Below are positions 49,169 to 62,139 of a stretch of DNA of 64,000 bases, in pieces (positions within the stretch are counted from its first letter, which is position 1; each line of letters opens with the position of its first letter). The stretch is from the NCBI GenBank assembly GCA_040285855.1, contig JAUFOQ010000006.1, positions 1,612,001 to 1,676,000 of the forward strand, given 5' to 3'. The position numbers and the translations under genes were made by a program. The notes under the pieces were generated by a model that was not told where the DNA came from, did not search any database, and worked only from the letters and a program-made list of their open reading frames with translations. This DNA comes from Eukaryota sp. GEM-RC1. Its lineage: Eukaryota.

Positions 49169-49512
49169 GTGAAAATACATGTACATTTCAAACAAACAAA
49201 TAGTAATAAGACGACTTCATCCTTATCTGGAAATAGATTACGTTTTTCGACATTTACTTTCACACTAAACTTGAAAAGTTGTTCAACTATAGAAGGTATA
49301 TTTAAAAATAATCCTGTATTGGTAAATAAAAATCAGTAAGGAATTAGGTTTCATTGATGACTTGTATTGAACCGTTCTTAAAAAAGCTTCGTGGTTCGGA
49401 AGGAGCCGTCTCAAATTCGTCTTGTCTGCAGTCAAGCAGATCTGTCAGGTTTGATACACTGAACAAGCCTCCCGGTGTTATCAAACCTCTATACTTTCAG
49501 AGAACATTGATA

Positions 49513-50841
49513 ATGTCAGTTCATTTTCACTTGCTCAAACATCGTTTCAAGGCTTTTTTTGAACAGAATATAGAAGATCCTCGCCTTTCTGTATGTCTTT
49601 TGATGAGACAACTCCTGATGCATATTGAAACTGTTGGATTTGTGAGCCAATCCTTCTTTGAACTCGCTGTTTGCACTGTCAAGTTGCTATTTGATGGAAT
49701 CACGTTTCCAGTAGCGTCTCCAGACCTACCTCTACTGTTTTCCATTGCCTCCCTCTTTGGAGCAGAGGTACGATCTGTATTCCTCTACGTTTACGAATGC
49801 TTTGAAGTTGATGGACTTCTTGAATACTCCTTTGTCATTCATGGATTGGATGTATCATTGGCCAATGAATCTGACATGGATATTCTCAACAGCACGTCTC
49901 CCAGGTTTTTGCCAAATCTCAGCCATCTTTATGCCCTTGTTGATTCTCTTGATGTCATAACATCCTTGGCCGAAGCATTGAAAAACAATACCACAATTAC
50001 TAATCTTCGATTATCAGATAACTCATTAACAGCTGATGAGGCGTTTGCATTGGTAGAAGCTGTAAAAGTGAATTCAACAATTAGTTATTTCGATTTTAGT
50101 TTTAACTCTATTGGAAATCAAGGTTCTGTGAGATTAGCTACAGCTTTGAGTGTGAATTCAACAATTTCTGAGATTAATCTTTTCTCTAACTCTATTGGTT
50201 TTGATGGCATTTTTGCTATATCACAAACTTTAACAGTTAATTCAACAATCAGTACAATTAATTTAGGAGATAATTCTATTGACAGTAATGGAATTTTGCC
50301 ATTGGCGGAAGCTTTGAAGGTTAATTCCACAATCACTACAATCAACCTGGAAAATAACTTGATTGGTTCAAATGGTATTTGTGCTTTAGCGGAAACTTTA
50401 AATGTTAATTCAACAATCACTGCAATTAATCTAGGAGATAATTCTATTGACAGTAATGGAATTTTGCCATTGGCGGAAGCTTTGAAGGTTAATTCTTCAA
50501 TTGTGAGCATCAATTTATACAACAACTCCATTGACGTTAACGGTATCGTAAAATTGGCTGAAGCTTTGAAAGTCAATTCAACAGTGGCCATTATTGATCT
50601 TGCAAAGAATTCCATTGGTAATGAAGGTGCTGCTGCATTGGCTGAAGCACTAAAATTCAATTCTTCCCTGCTTGAGCTTCATTTATGGCAAAGCTCTATT
50701 GGTGACGAAGGTGCTGTTGCATTGGCTGCATCATTGGCATTGAATTCTACAATATCTGTAATCGATTTGGCTCACAACTCTGTAAGTTCTGAGACAAAAC
50801 AACTCATCCAAAAAATATCAAATGATCGTATAAGATGTTAA
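49513..50841 (+). CDS. Leucine-rich repeat protein (RI/NLRC3-like 28-aa repeats)
   Basis: About 10 repeats of LAEALKVNSTIT.INL..NSI. Confidence 0.9.
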   Translation: MSVHFHLLKHRFKAFFEQNIEDPRLSVCLLMRQLLMHIETVGFVSQSFFELAVCTVKLLFDGITFPVASPDLPLLFSIASLFGAEVRSVFLYVYECFEVDGLLEYSFVIHGLDVSLANESDMDILNSTSPRFLPNLSHLYALVDSLDVITSLAEALKNNTTITNLRLSDNSLTADEAFALVEAVKVNSTISYFDFSFNSIGNQGSVRLATALSVNSTISEINLFSNSIGFDGIFAISQTLTVNSTISTINLGDNSIDSNGILPLAEALKVNSTITTINLENNLIGSNGICALAETLNVNSTITAINLGDNSIDSNGILPLAEALKVNSSIVSINLYNNSIDVNGIVKLAEALKVNSTVAIIDLAKNSIGNEGAAALAEALKFNSSLLELHLWQSSIGDEGAVALAASLALNSTISVIDLAHNSVSSETKQLIQKISNDRIRC

Positions 50842-51239
50842 CTGTTCTCTTTATTTAATACAAGCAACTACGTGAAAAATTGTGTCTCTAGAGTCTAGAC
50901 TAATGTGGCTCATTATTCAACTTGTTTTCGTACATACAAATTTGATTTGATTTGATTATGCTCTAGTTCCATTAAGTTTTACACTGATCTTTAAGAGCTG
51001 TTTTCCATAGAAAATCGGCAACCATTGAATTCTCACATCTCGTAACCAATATAGTGTTTTCTATTTGGAACTCTTTATGCGGTTTCTAGAATGTTGGCTT
51101 GGAAATTTTTCTATAATTTCTTGAGAATTATAGTATTGTTTTAAAAATTGGTATTCTTCACATGACATTGAAAAACGCATTATGTTCTTTACTTTAATAA
51201 TTTTCAACAAACAATTTTATTAATAAAATTAGACCAAAC

Positions 51240-52170
51240 AACTAAAATTTGATATAATTAAAACAACACCGGTCGCTATCAAATCTTACAACAGCTTTGT
51301 CCTCAGAAAAGGATCTCACAGCTAATAAAGCAATGGAGATGATTAGGGGAATTGTTTTAAAAACAGTAAAAACGATCCGATTCAACCATAACATATGATC
51401 AAAGCGTTTGTGCATCCTATTTTTTAAAGATTTTTCCGAAATCGTTTAAAAAATTCAATGCACTTTTCCTAAACGTTCGTAAATTGAAACTGCATAAGGG
51501 CATAATTCGTATTCAACATGTTTTACATAATATATAGCCATCAATGGTTTCTTGTAATTATCCTGTTTGGCTTGTTCAGAATGTTTACATGGGAAGTTTC
51601 AGAGTAAGCATTCTTTACAGATGTCTTTTTACAAACATCCCCTGACACTACATCAACAACAAACAGTTTGTCTGAAGAAGAAAGGACAACAACATCTACT
51701 CTCCGTTTAGGAAAAAATTGGTTCCGTAATTCGACATTACAACTATTATTTGGTTCTAAAGGTCTTAGAACTGATTCAACAGATGAATCAATTTTGTAAG
51801 ACTTACACATAGGATGTATTTGATCTCTTACAGCATCATGCATACAAATAAACCATATACTTATGGAATTTGATTAATTGATTTCACAGCATAACTCTCC
51901 TTTAAATCACTTATAGAATTAGCGAAGTCTGCAATTTTTTCTTTAGCCGAGCTAAGACGAACTGTAAAATCTACACTTTCAAAATATTTTAATGAATGAT
52001 TTTGTAGCTTCTTTAAAGCAAATTTTGAAGACAAAATGTTTCGACATGGAATTTCTTTGATATGAACAGGAAAGCAAGATGACCATAACTCAGGAGAAAG
52101 ATTTGCTATTTCACCACGGAGATGATTAAGATAAAAGCTGCAAGTACTTTCAAGAAGAGATGTTCTTGAT
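51240..52170 (-). mobile_element. Decayed CRE-like retroelement (C-terminal region)
   Basis: Motifs MHDAVRDQI...KRRVDVVV...VVDV and EYELCPYAVSIY. Confidence 0.75.
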
Positions 52171-52276
52171 GGATTATTACTATTTTGGTTATATTATTTA
52201 TTTAGAAAATGTCAATCACAAACCTCCCAGATATGCATTGGAAAATATTTGGTTATTTAAAATGCTGAGGTTGACT

Positions 52277-52939
52277 CAGGGCTCCTCATAAATAAATATA
52301 AATTCTATTTATTGCTATTTATTTATATTTATATTTATTTTTGAGCCTTTTTGGCGATCATGTAAATAAAACAAAATAAAACAAAATATAAATATATATA
52401 AATAAAATGTCGGAAAGTAAACTTCATTGATCTATATAATACATGAGTTAATTTAGTGCTCAAGGTTGTTGATTGACTTGAAACATGATGTGTGACATTC
52501 TCACGCTCAGACAAAAATCAAGGTTGAGACATTTTCTCTCAAACTTTGCATTTCAATGTCGAACCTGACCAATACAGAAGAGCCTTTACCAGTGTTCTAA
52601 GCCAATCCAATGACTATACCCGGGCATATGATCATTGAACGATTCTCATGGTCGTTTACGAGGCTGAACATTGAACTAATATTGAAGATCCACAGATGTC
52701 TATGGAATCACGACACAGTTAGAGTAATTATACGAAGCAGAAAGTCAACTAACCTATTTCGACAAGAAAGGGATGATTAAATGGATTGTGTATTCATCGA
52801 TAGTGACTCAGATTAGATGTATAATGAAATATTATGTTTTTATTTGGGTTTTATTTTGTTTTAATTATATTTATTTCACATTTATTTTTGGCAGTTTTGA
52901 ATGTTCAAATTATTTTAAATTATCTTATGAGAGGGCCTG
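52277..52939. mobile_element. Non-autonomous hAT-type element, 663 bp
   Basis: Imperfect TIR CAGG(G/C)C..CTCATAA, 8-bp TSD GGTTGACT (52269-52276 and 52940-52947), and AT-rich subterminal repeats. Confidence 0.85.
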
Positions 52940-53182
52940 GGTTGACTTGAAGAAGGATTGAAAGAAAGTCTGTGCGAATTCTGTTAAAAGCTCTAGAGAA
53001 ATCATACGATAACTCAGGAGCAAGGGATCTTAAAAGATGAGTAATTTTACCAGAATATCAAATTTGAATACATAGAAATTTTATTCGGTACCCAATAAGG
53101 TAACATTCCTACAAAACTGAAAAATTGTAAAAACAAACAAATAAAACTAAGATTGAATCCAAACAACCTCATCATCACCAGG

Positions 53183-53930
53183 TTAAAGATTACATTTTTC
53201 AACATTAACCTTCACACCAAAATTGTACAATTTCTCAATTAATCGAGAGAAATAGAAAGTCATCTTCCGATATATGGAAAAAACTATACGGTTTTTCCAT
53301 TCAGGCATTCTAAACTTACGCTTCTTTTCTTTACACAGTTCTTCGACATCCTTGAAAAATTGATCACCAGCAGGACTAATGGATCCAAAAAAAGAAACAG
53401 CAAAAGGTTGAAACACAAATTTGGAATATGAGTTTCGATTTAATTCTTCAACTTGAGAGTCATACTTGGAGTGTTTGAGCTTTTCAGCAGCTGTTAACGG
53501 ATTAATAGAAGAGTCTAATATCCTACTAACACAAGCTTTGTTAGAAATATCTACTGTAGTAAAATCCAGATGAATAAAAAGCATGAAATGGAATCTTAGT
53601 CTCATCAATTTCAGCCAAGTTAGAGAGAAAATTTGTTCTAATAGAACTCAATTTCTTGGCAAATGTTTCAGTAAGGGAATAGTCTAATGAACGTAAAAAA
53701 TGATTAATTTTTTCCGGCAAAACAGATCTGGAGCAATATGAGAATGAAGAATTTTGAGTGTTTTTCAATTTCCAGTACTTTGATCTTATCCAACTCTTGT
53801 TGAATCGAAATCAAGTAATCGTCAAGATTTTTGACAATATCCTCTTTTTACCAAAAAAACAACAACCAAGAAATCTGAAACTTGAGAAATAATATCTAAG
53901 GAAAGGGTCTTCCATTGGGCTCGTAAACAA
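53183..53930 (-). mobile_element. Decayed CRE-like retroelement (endonuclease C-terminus plus upstream pieces)
   Basis: LDFTTVD...AEKLKHSKY...FQPFAVSFFG is typical of restriction-like endonuclease domains. Confidence 0.75.
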
Positions 53931-54637
53931 GTCTCCTTCATCATTTGTCAGGACGAGCCTTTGCGTCTGGTTTTTGAGTAAAAACCATAGTCTTATAATC
54001 CATCCAAAATTCTAGTGCTGACGAAGAAATCTGTTTTCTTGAAGGATTATACTAATATTCATTCTGTTAGATTCATTCCACCTTCAAAATCAATACATTA
54101 CACTCTTTTGAAAACAATAGACATCATAATGTTTTGGTAATAAATTTGCATCAGCCTAATTATTGATTGAGCACTCACTTCTTCTTCCATTAAAAAATTA
54201 CCAGCTGGAGTCCTGGACGGAAGCACCAAGTACCTTCACAGAAGCACATACAAAAGTATATAGTATGTATGAAGAAAAGTCCAGAAATCTTTGGATTTAG
54301 CTTCTTTTGCAAAACATGATTAGAATAGAAATATGACTTGGCAACCATTGATGAAGTCCTGATGAAAGGTGTATTTAGTTATGTACTCAAGTGTTTGATA
54401 ACAATTTGTTGTAAATTTCAATTTAATCGAAATCACCTGAATCATTGTGACATTGCTTGAAAACAGTGAACTTGCTGTTGCTGTTGCTTGTATTTTATCA
54501 TACAAATCAAGAACACAATCAATTTTAACAAAGAAGATATCAACACATCTACAGTTAGAGTAGTACAGTTTCGTAGTCAGAGCAATTCATCCTCCATTCT
54601 TTTCTCTTTGTACTGAAGGTATCATCCGCATCATTGA

Positions 54638-55137
<500 letters not shown>

Positions 55138-55243
55138 TTTTTCCGATATCACTGTAAATTATGTACAATGTACTAGTAGAACTTATTATTTGTATACAAA
55201 TTCTTTATAAAATTGTATCTTGTTATTCGACTACACCAACATA

Positions 55244-56140
55244 TTAAGCAGACTGTGTCAGATGGCCAATGGCTCCTTCAATGTTTCCAGAGGTTATCCT
55301 CAATGCCCTTTTACTTTCTTCCTCTCCAAAACCCATCTCAACTAACAAATCAACCATGGTTTGTGCTGGTTCAAAGGGAGTATGAGGAATGGGAGGTTGA
55401 GAGGGAATACCCCGAGGAAAACTAGTTGCCAGTGACCGAGACATGGACACTGATGGTGGAGATCGAGACAATAGGAATGGGAGAAGTAGTTTCGAGGCGA
55501 GGCGGGCAATAAACTTTGGCACTATTAAATCCAAGATTACACGGAAGAATCCCAAATAAAGAACTAATGGAGCCAGAAACAGGGCAACAACAAATGAAAC
55601 AACAGAGAAAGGTGGAAATACTAAAACTAGTTGAAGAATGAGTATGATTAGAAACAATTTCTCATTCACTGGAATGTACTTGAGCACATATGTTGTATTC
55701 AGTGCTGAAACTGTGAATAATGGAATCAAAGTTGATACAAATACACCTGATGTTATGAAAAACGGAGTATCAGGTTTTGGAATGAAAATAGAGTGAGAAT
55801 GACTAATTGTTGGCAAATAATGAGACAAGAAGTATTGTAGGAGGAAGGAACAAACATTTGAGAGAAGGAAAAGACCAAAGAATCGGCGAGATCCTAGTAG
55901 TCGTTCTGTAATACGTCCAATGTACACTAGAGGACCAGCAACTAGAAGAATTCCACCGATCGGGTATGTACAGAAGGGAATAAGGAAGTATAGTAGTTTG
56001 TCAGGAAATTGTGCAACATCAAGTTGAACAGGGGTAACAGGAGAGAATTTCAACATGGTTGTTATAAGAGTTGTGATAGAAACAAGTAGCAGGAATGCCT
56101 TGCTTACTGGAGCACCAACAAAACCTGGGACTGAATACAT
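55244..56140 (-). CDS. Rhomboid-like pseudoprotease with C-terminal UBA domain (UBAC2/Dsc2-like)
   Basis: GFVGAPVSK, TERLLGSRRF, TM helices and UBA motif LVEMGF...ALR...GNIE.A. Confidence 0.85.
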   Translation of the reverse strand: MYSVPGFVGAPVSKAFLLLVSITTLITTMLKFSPVTPVQLDVAQFPDKLLYFLIPFCTYPIGGILLVAGPLVYIGRITERLLGSRRFFGLFLLSNVCSFLLQYFLSHYLPTISHSHSIFIPKPDTPFFITSGVFVSTLIPLFTVSALNTTYVLKYIPVNEKLFLIILILQLVLVFPPFSVVSFVVALFLAPLVLYLGFFRVILDLIVPKFIARLASKLLLPFLLSRSPPSVSMSRSLATSFPRGIPSQPPIPHTPFEPAQTMVDLLVEMGFGEEESKRALRITSGNIEGAIGHLTQSA

Positions 56141-56498
56141 TTGGTGACGAGGAATTGAAATACAAATTGTAATTTTATAGACTACATGTACTGTACTTTG
56201 TAGCACTACATTGTAGCAGAACGCGCTAGTTCTAGTTCGTCTAGGTAATTTTTGTTATTTGTTATAAGAAAATAGTGTGCTAAACAGCAATAAACGATGT
56301 ACTGAGACTACACTATATTGGAGATGATAGTGTCTCTAAAGAAATTGTTTCAACATATATTGAAAAAAAACGCAAGGGTGCAATAATCTCCGATTGATGT
56401 TAACTGACTATTCAGGCAATACTAACCTTGATACACCTAATCAATTTGCCGATATCTGATACCAGCTCGTAAAAAATCCTATTCGCTCAACTCTACCT

Positions 56499-57290
56499 AT
56501 GGACGATTCAATACTGCTTCTGTTCCCAGCAGAACACTTTCGATATTGCTTGAAAGTAATTATCGAAAAAGTAAATCTATATCTAATCATTTCGGATTCC
56601 CCAAACGACTTTCACAATGCCAATAGACGACTCAACCACCTACACTATAGTCGGAGTCAAGGATGGCCCGGTATCAAAGCTATGCTCAAATATCCTCGGT
56701 CTTCCTACCATATTTTTCCAATTTCCAAGTTTAACTACAATGTTAATCAGTTGGAAGGTCCAACACAATTCTCCTACATCATAATGAGTACCAAAGATTT
56801 CCTTTCTGACTTGGAGAAATGGTCGAGGAGCTTTGCTATCTCTATTGTAGTCTCTCCTTCTCTTAGAATGCTGAAAGTAGATGATGATCTTCAATCTCAA
56901 GTAGAGTCTATAAGAAGATCTTACTTGTCTCTTTGCATCCTCAGTCTTCCTCCCCAGTTTAGTCTCAAACAGCTAGCCAGTCAGTTAGCAACACTAATGC
57001 TTGAGAGTTTATCCAGTGAACCCACCTCCCTCTGTAATGAAATATGTAAGTCGTACACAGAAGACATCCACAACCTCATTGGTCTTCGTCTAATCACTGT
57101 CTGTCGACCTCACCACTTCACAAGAGTCCTGCGCAGTGATTGCTTTTTTGATCTTGTTGCTTTTCTACCTGCTCGTCTTCAAACAGCAGTTGAACGTCGT
57201 TTTACAGAGAATCTCTCCTGTGATTTTCTCTATCAGGAATTACGTTCAGATTTTGAAATATTTAAGGAATGTCTTCTGTGTAATCTGTAA
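56499..57290 (+). CDS. Hypothetical protein
   Basis: 263-aa ATG ORF. No family recognised. Confidence 0.65.
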   Translation: MDDSILLLFPAEHFRYCLKVIIEKVNLYLIISDSPNDFHNANRRLNHLHYSRSQGWPGIKAMLKYPRSSYHIFPISKFNYNVNQLEGPTQFSYIIMSTKDFLSDLEKWSRSFAISIVVSPSLRMLKVDDDLQSQVESIRRSYLSLCILSLPPQFSLKQLASQLATLMLESLSSEPTSLCNEICKSYTEDIHNLIGLRLITVCRPHHFTRVLRSDCFFDLVAFLPARLQTAVERRFTENLSCDFLYQELRSDFEIFKECLLCNL

Positions 57291-57327
57291 GATCTCCGTC
57301 TATGAATATTTAAATCCTAATAAAAGT

Positions 57328-58321
57328 CTATATCAGAAACACCGCCTTATCAATGTCTGAACACCTAGAAGCTATACGAATACCATTAAGACCAAGACAA
57401 GCATGCATTGGGTCTGGAAAAATATCTGGATTCTTTGCAATAACTTTACAACCACCTTTTAGAGTGTTCGTACATGCATCAATAAATGCTTCTAGTGTCT
57501 TGAGATCAATCAATGGCAGGGTTTCCGGACTAAGAAGATGAAGTGAAGCAAGAACCCAATACGTATAACAAGTATCATCCTCTTTAGAAATTCTTCCATG
57601 AAAACCCTGACGTTGTAATAAATGAAGAAACCGAACAGATCGTCTTTTCTGAGGTTCTGCCAAATGATGTAGTTTCTCGAGGAGATATAGAGACGCAATC
57701 GCACAGAAAGTCGATCCAGCATGACTTTCACCATTGGGCACACTGGAAAAACCTCCGTCAATGTTGTAGCATCGTAGGATGAAGTCAGTCATGGAGTCTA
57801 GATTCAGAGCAGTCCAGGTATCAGTTAGATGCATTGTAATACAAGCACAGTATACAAATCGCAAATCTGACTCAGATCCAACCGAGCATGAAACGGATCC
57901 ATTATGTTGTTGTAATAACTGAAGATGTGTAACAAGTGAAACTCGGTTAACTCTTGATAGATCGTCTCCCAGCAAAGTTAATGATGCTAGAGCGGAATAT
58001 GTCATGGCGATGTTTGTTAGACTGGGATCGAAGGATTCTAATAGAATTGAATTGACAGTCCAAGAAGGATAAAAGCCACCAAATGGTGATTGTAGTTCAT
58101 AAATAGTATCAGCTAGTTCACTAGGAGGACGATCAAGAATTTCAGACAATGAAGCTTCAGTTGATACACCAAAAAGGCAAAAGTGTATGATAGTTATCCT
58201 ATTAGCATCAAGAGTTTCATACTGCTGGGGAAGATTAGCTAGTATACTAAGAAAATAGGAAAACATGTTCAGAGCAACCACAGTAGTGCAGAAGAGAATT
58301 TCTATTTTTGATCACATCCAT
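57328..58321 (-). CDS. PGGT1B: Geranylgeranyltransferase type-I beta subunit; probable +1 frameshift at 58260-58263
   Basis: Motifs YETLDANRITI, IAMTYSAL..L..LGDDLSRV, ESDLRFVYCA, ESHAGSTFCA, DTCYTYW and PDPMH. The upstream frame MDV...EHV joins SYFL..L..LP. Confidence 0.9.
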
Positions 58322-59210
58322 TCGATTCTAATGAGCATTAGCAAAAGAAGGGTATTCACTGAAGAGTGTTCATTGATTTGGGAAGAAGCAGAGAGTCGCT
58401 ATGTTCGGAAGTCAACAGAAGTCAAGACGTGATTTAGTTTGATTGTTATCAACTAGCTCAACAAATACTGTACAATGAACCAGCAACACCCAATGGTTGA
58501 TACAATCTTGGTCATGTCCTTGTTTCCAGACTTTGGACAGAAATGGGTGTAGCCAAAATGTAACAATGTTTAGGTTTGCCTCTTATTAAATGATTTACGA
58601 CTGACAAACCCAGTGTTCCAAAAGTTTGTACCCGGACGCAACTTGGATTGGTGGTGGATGAGGGTTTTAGCTTGGTCATGGTATATAAAGAATGAGACAT
58701 AAGTCTTTGGTCAAAAACAACTTTATATACTGTTAATGATGATAGTGAGAGTGCTTAGCAGTGTGAGATTAAAACTAACTAAAGGTGATATACTAGTACT
58801 GTGTGCAGATTATTTGATGTTGAACCTTCATGAACCTAACAAATGTTGCTATTTTCATTTTCAGCAATGTTTAGGTGTTTGATTCGATTTTAAATCGTCT
58901 CTTTGAATTGAGCCAAGAGCATGAGATGATGGAGATATAGCAATGTCTCCTTTGTTATTAATGATGGTACATGTATTGCAATTTGTAAATCAAAGGTATG
59001 TTTTAATAAAATTGTTAAAATTGTTCAACACATCGAAACTAGCGATGTGAAGAGATTCTGTCACAAAAATAGTAACGGCACACAACATGTTTTTACATAG
59101 TCTTAGTTCTCATTCACTGTACTAATACATGTACAGTGGCAGTAAGAGAGAAGTTCAAAATGGGTATGTAGGTGATGAACACTTTCCTCTTTTTCTCCTG
59201 TCTCGACCCT

Positions 59211-60146
59211 ATGAAGTCACTTTCATCCCCCCTTTTTCTGACACTCAAAACGGGTTTTGCCACAGCCGTGGCGCTGTTGATTGACATGTTGATTCGTAAT
59301 CCCGATCACGTCACGTCTACCTTCCTTGCTGTGCTCACTACTAGTCCCTCTGTTTCTTTGGGTCTTGCTCGTGGTATTGAATCTTACTACGCAGCCACTG
59401 TTGGTGCTGTCTTCGGGTTTTTTCCTCTACTTTTCCGTTTCTCTCCCATTCTAGCCGTTCCTTTATCAGTTCCTCCCTCTGTCTTGGTAATGGTCCTCAC
59501 TGGTTATGAATACTTGTTCGGTGTAGCGGCTTTCTCCGCTCTGTATGTATCACTTGTAGAATTCGATAATCCTTACAATACTCTTTTCGTACGATTTAAA
59601 TCCATTTCTTCTGGTGTTTTAGCTGCTTCTCTCATTAATATTCTTATATCTGCTTGGCAGTACAAGAAAATATTTTCTAGAAAAATAGAAATCGTTCGAT
59701 CAAATATTATTAATAATCTAGAAATGATTCTGACCATATCTCGAGAAAATCCTCTTGGTGCATCACCACTGTTTGCTCAAATCGAAGACCTTTCTCGAAC
59801 ACTTGCCCGAGCTCGTTTTGAAGCACGGTATTTATGCCCAAGGCATGTATTGGATTATTTGAAGTCTCTAACAATTGAATTAAGTACTTTACAAAACCTC
59901 CTTCATCTTTTGGTTGACATTAGTTATTTCCTCCATTTTGATTCCCCTTCAACTCCAGAAGAACGTGAGCAGATTCTGACCAACGTTATTAGTTGGATTC
60001 GTAACCAAAGCAAGGACGAGTTTGAGTTTCCAATGGAGCTAATGTCTCAGTACGAGAGACTTCGTCCAACTCTAAGTGTAGTTCGTCGTAGATTGAGTGT
60101 CGTCGATCTACCTCTAACATCATTAAGTAATAGTATTTCATTCTAG
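59211..60146 (+). CDS. FUSC / aromatic acid exporter-like membrane protein
   Basis: LKTGFATAVALL, AVLTTSPSV...G and VRF..I..GV..A.LIN, then a helical soluble tail. An alternative ATG lies at 59175. Confidence 0.7.
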   Translation: MKSLSSPLFLTLKTGFATAVALLIDMLIRNPDHVTSTFLAVLTTSPSVSLGLARGIESYYAATVGAVFGFFPLLFRFSPILAVPLSVPPSVLVMVLTGYEYLFGVAAFSALYVSLVEFDNPYNTLFVRFKSISSGVLAASLINILISAWQYKKIFSRKIEIVRSNIINNLEMILTISRENPLGASPLFAQIEDLSRTLARARFEARYLCPRHVLDYLKSLTIELSTLQNLLHLLVDISYFLHFDSPSTPEEREQILTNVISWIRNQSKDEFEFPMELMSQYERLRPTLSVVRRRLSVVDLPLTSLSNSISF

Positions 60147-60286
60147 TTTAGTTATTAAGACCTTTTTCTGTTTATCGAAATATAGGTTTTTTATCAAGGG
60201 TTTTGAAGAGAAGTTTTTTACAGAAATGAACTAAATAAACACAAAGTAAGAAAATACAAAGAGAGATTACTAGAAAGAGAGGCTAC

Positions 60287-60880
60287 CTACCTTAGAAGAG
60301 ATCCGTCCGAAGGTTCCATATAACCAGTGATTACCAAAACAAGATCAATGAGTGTCCAGATCCCAAGCCCTCCTAGAGTAGCTCCCTTTGCTATACCAGA
60401 AGCAGTATAGCCTAGATATATCCTATCAACTCCGAAACCTCCAAAGAAGAGAGAGACCCAAAAGAGGGTGGACCGTTTGTATTCCGAATACCTCCTACAA
60501 GGAAGGAATACGGAGAAACTCCGGTGTCTTGGTTGGTCGCCTCTAATACAGATTAACTGAGGATCAACAGTACAATTGTACATGACCCTGTCTGGTGACG
60601 TGACAAGACAGTTTTTGTAACTGTTATCAAGTTGACAATCACATAGAGAAGGGTCTGTAAAGAAGCAAGGTTGGCAGATATAAGAACGAGAAAAATGCGG
60701 AGATCCTGTACAAGTAACATTTTGAGATATCGAGCAACTGGCAACGTAAGACTCACCGAGAGTACAATTGGATAGAGAACCAGTGGAATACTCACATTCT
60801 ATATCTGAGAACGGTATTTCGTTGCAGGGTAGAGCAAGAGATAAAGAAACAATAAGAAGTAGAAGTGATAGACACAGCAT
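60287..60880 (-). CDS. TM2 domain-containing protein (TM2D family)
   Basis: Signal peptide, Cys-rich ectodomain and GGFGVDRIYLG...TLGGLGIWTLID. Confidence 0.92.
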   Translation of the reverse strand: MLCLSLLLLIVSLSLALPCNEIPFSDIECEYSTGSLSNCTLGESYVASCSISQNVTCTGSPHFSRSYICQPCFFTDPSLCDCQLDNSYKNCLVTSPDRVMYNCTVDPQLICIRGDQPRHRSFSVFLPCRRYSEYKRSTLFWVSLFFGGFGVDRIYLGYTASGIAKGATLGGLGIWTLIDLVLVITGYMEPSDGSLLR

Positions 60881-62139
60881 TGAAAATTACAAAATACATG
60901 CAGCAATTGAGTATGACTGAAACAAGATATTGTGTAGGTACAATCAGAGCTTCACTATTCAACACGTGTTGCGTGTTGGCTTTTATGATATATAATACGT
61001 TCTGAGCAAAAGAACAGAATAACTCACTTTAAGATCAACCAAAAAAAACATTTATTTTTCACTCATGTTACACCCGAACTAAGTTGATAAATTAGAACTG
61101 ATTTTCAACGATTCCAGAACTGATAACATGGAGAGCTCATCAATAATCCATACATTTAAGTAAACTTTGGAGTAAACTTGAATTTGCTACCTTTATCAAT
61201 ATAGTTTTATCAAGAACAGTAGAAATGTACCCAAATTCATGGAAGTGACATAGAAGAATGACATAGCCAACACATGTTGAACTTCTCAAAAACCCCATTC
61301 AACACGTGTTGAGGTAACTCCGAACATAGTTGAATTTCTAAGCCTCACCGGACAAATGCAAACCAAAATGCCGTGGTTGTTGAGTGATCAAACAAGTTGA
61401 ATTCTTAATTTCAAGAAAGCAGCAAATTCGGGATTATTAATTTTACTAACACTAAAACGGAAACGATTTTCGAAATCCAGGTTTTCTAATTCCTTTCAAC
61501 AGTTTATTTTGAAGTGTAACCCCACACAAACGGGAGAGACAATACAAATTGTTCAGGAATACTTGGTAAATGAGAAGGAAAACAGCTGTTCCAAATATCC
61601 AAATCAATAACCGAGCCTAACCGAACTTAGCCAAAGAGTACAATGAAAGAGATTTTCATTAAACAAAAAAGCTTATCTGGAGCTAATTTCAAACAGAAAT
61701 TTCTTGATTAAAAACAAATGCACTTTTAGTTAAGTCTGAAACTTCAAATATCTACTGAATCACACCTGAAACTCAAAACCATATCGATGCGAGACTCAAA
61801 ACTGAACAGAATTCTATCGTGGTTCCGCTATAGTCTTTGAAGGATTTGTTATCGTTATGTGATCTTCGATGGGAGACACGATTATGATGTCCATATGCCC
61901 ACGATGAAAAAATTTGAAATAATACTGTGTATGATGAAAAATTGAATTTTTTCAGTTCTGTAATTTATTGAAGTAGCTGAATTCGGTTTCACACTCGAAT
62001 TACTTGTCGTACCCGTTTGTACTTTCGTTGTAAGGTTCTCTCATTGAATCTTCAACATCATTACTTAATCACATTTTGTTTTAAAAATACTTATGGATTG
62101 TAATTGTAATAGATATAGAACTTGATGTCATTAAAACTA

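Noticed and set aside
50118..50660. 180-aa antisense ORF and other short ORFs overlapping real genes
   Set aside because: Shadow frames of the repetitive or biased coding strand, with no independent evidence.
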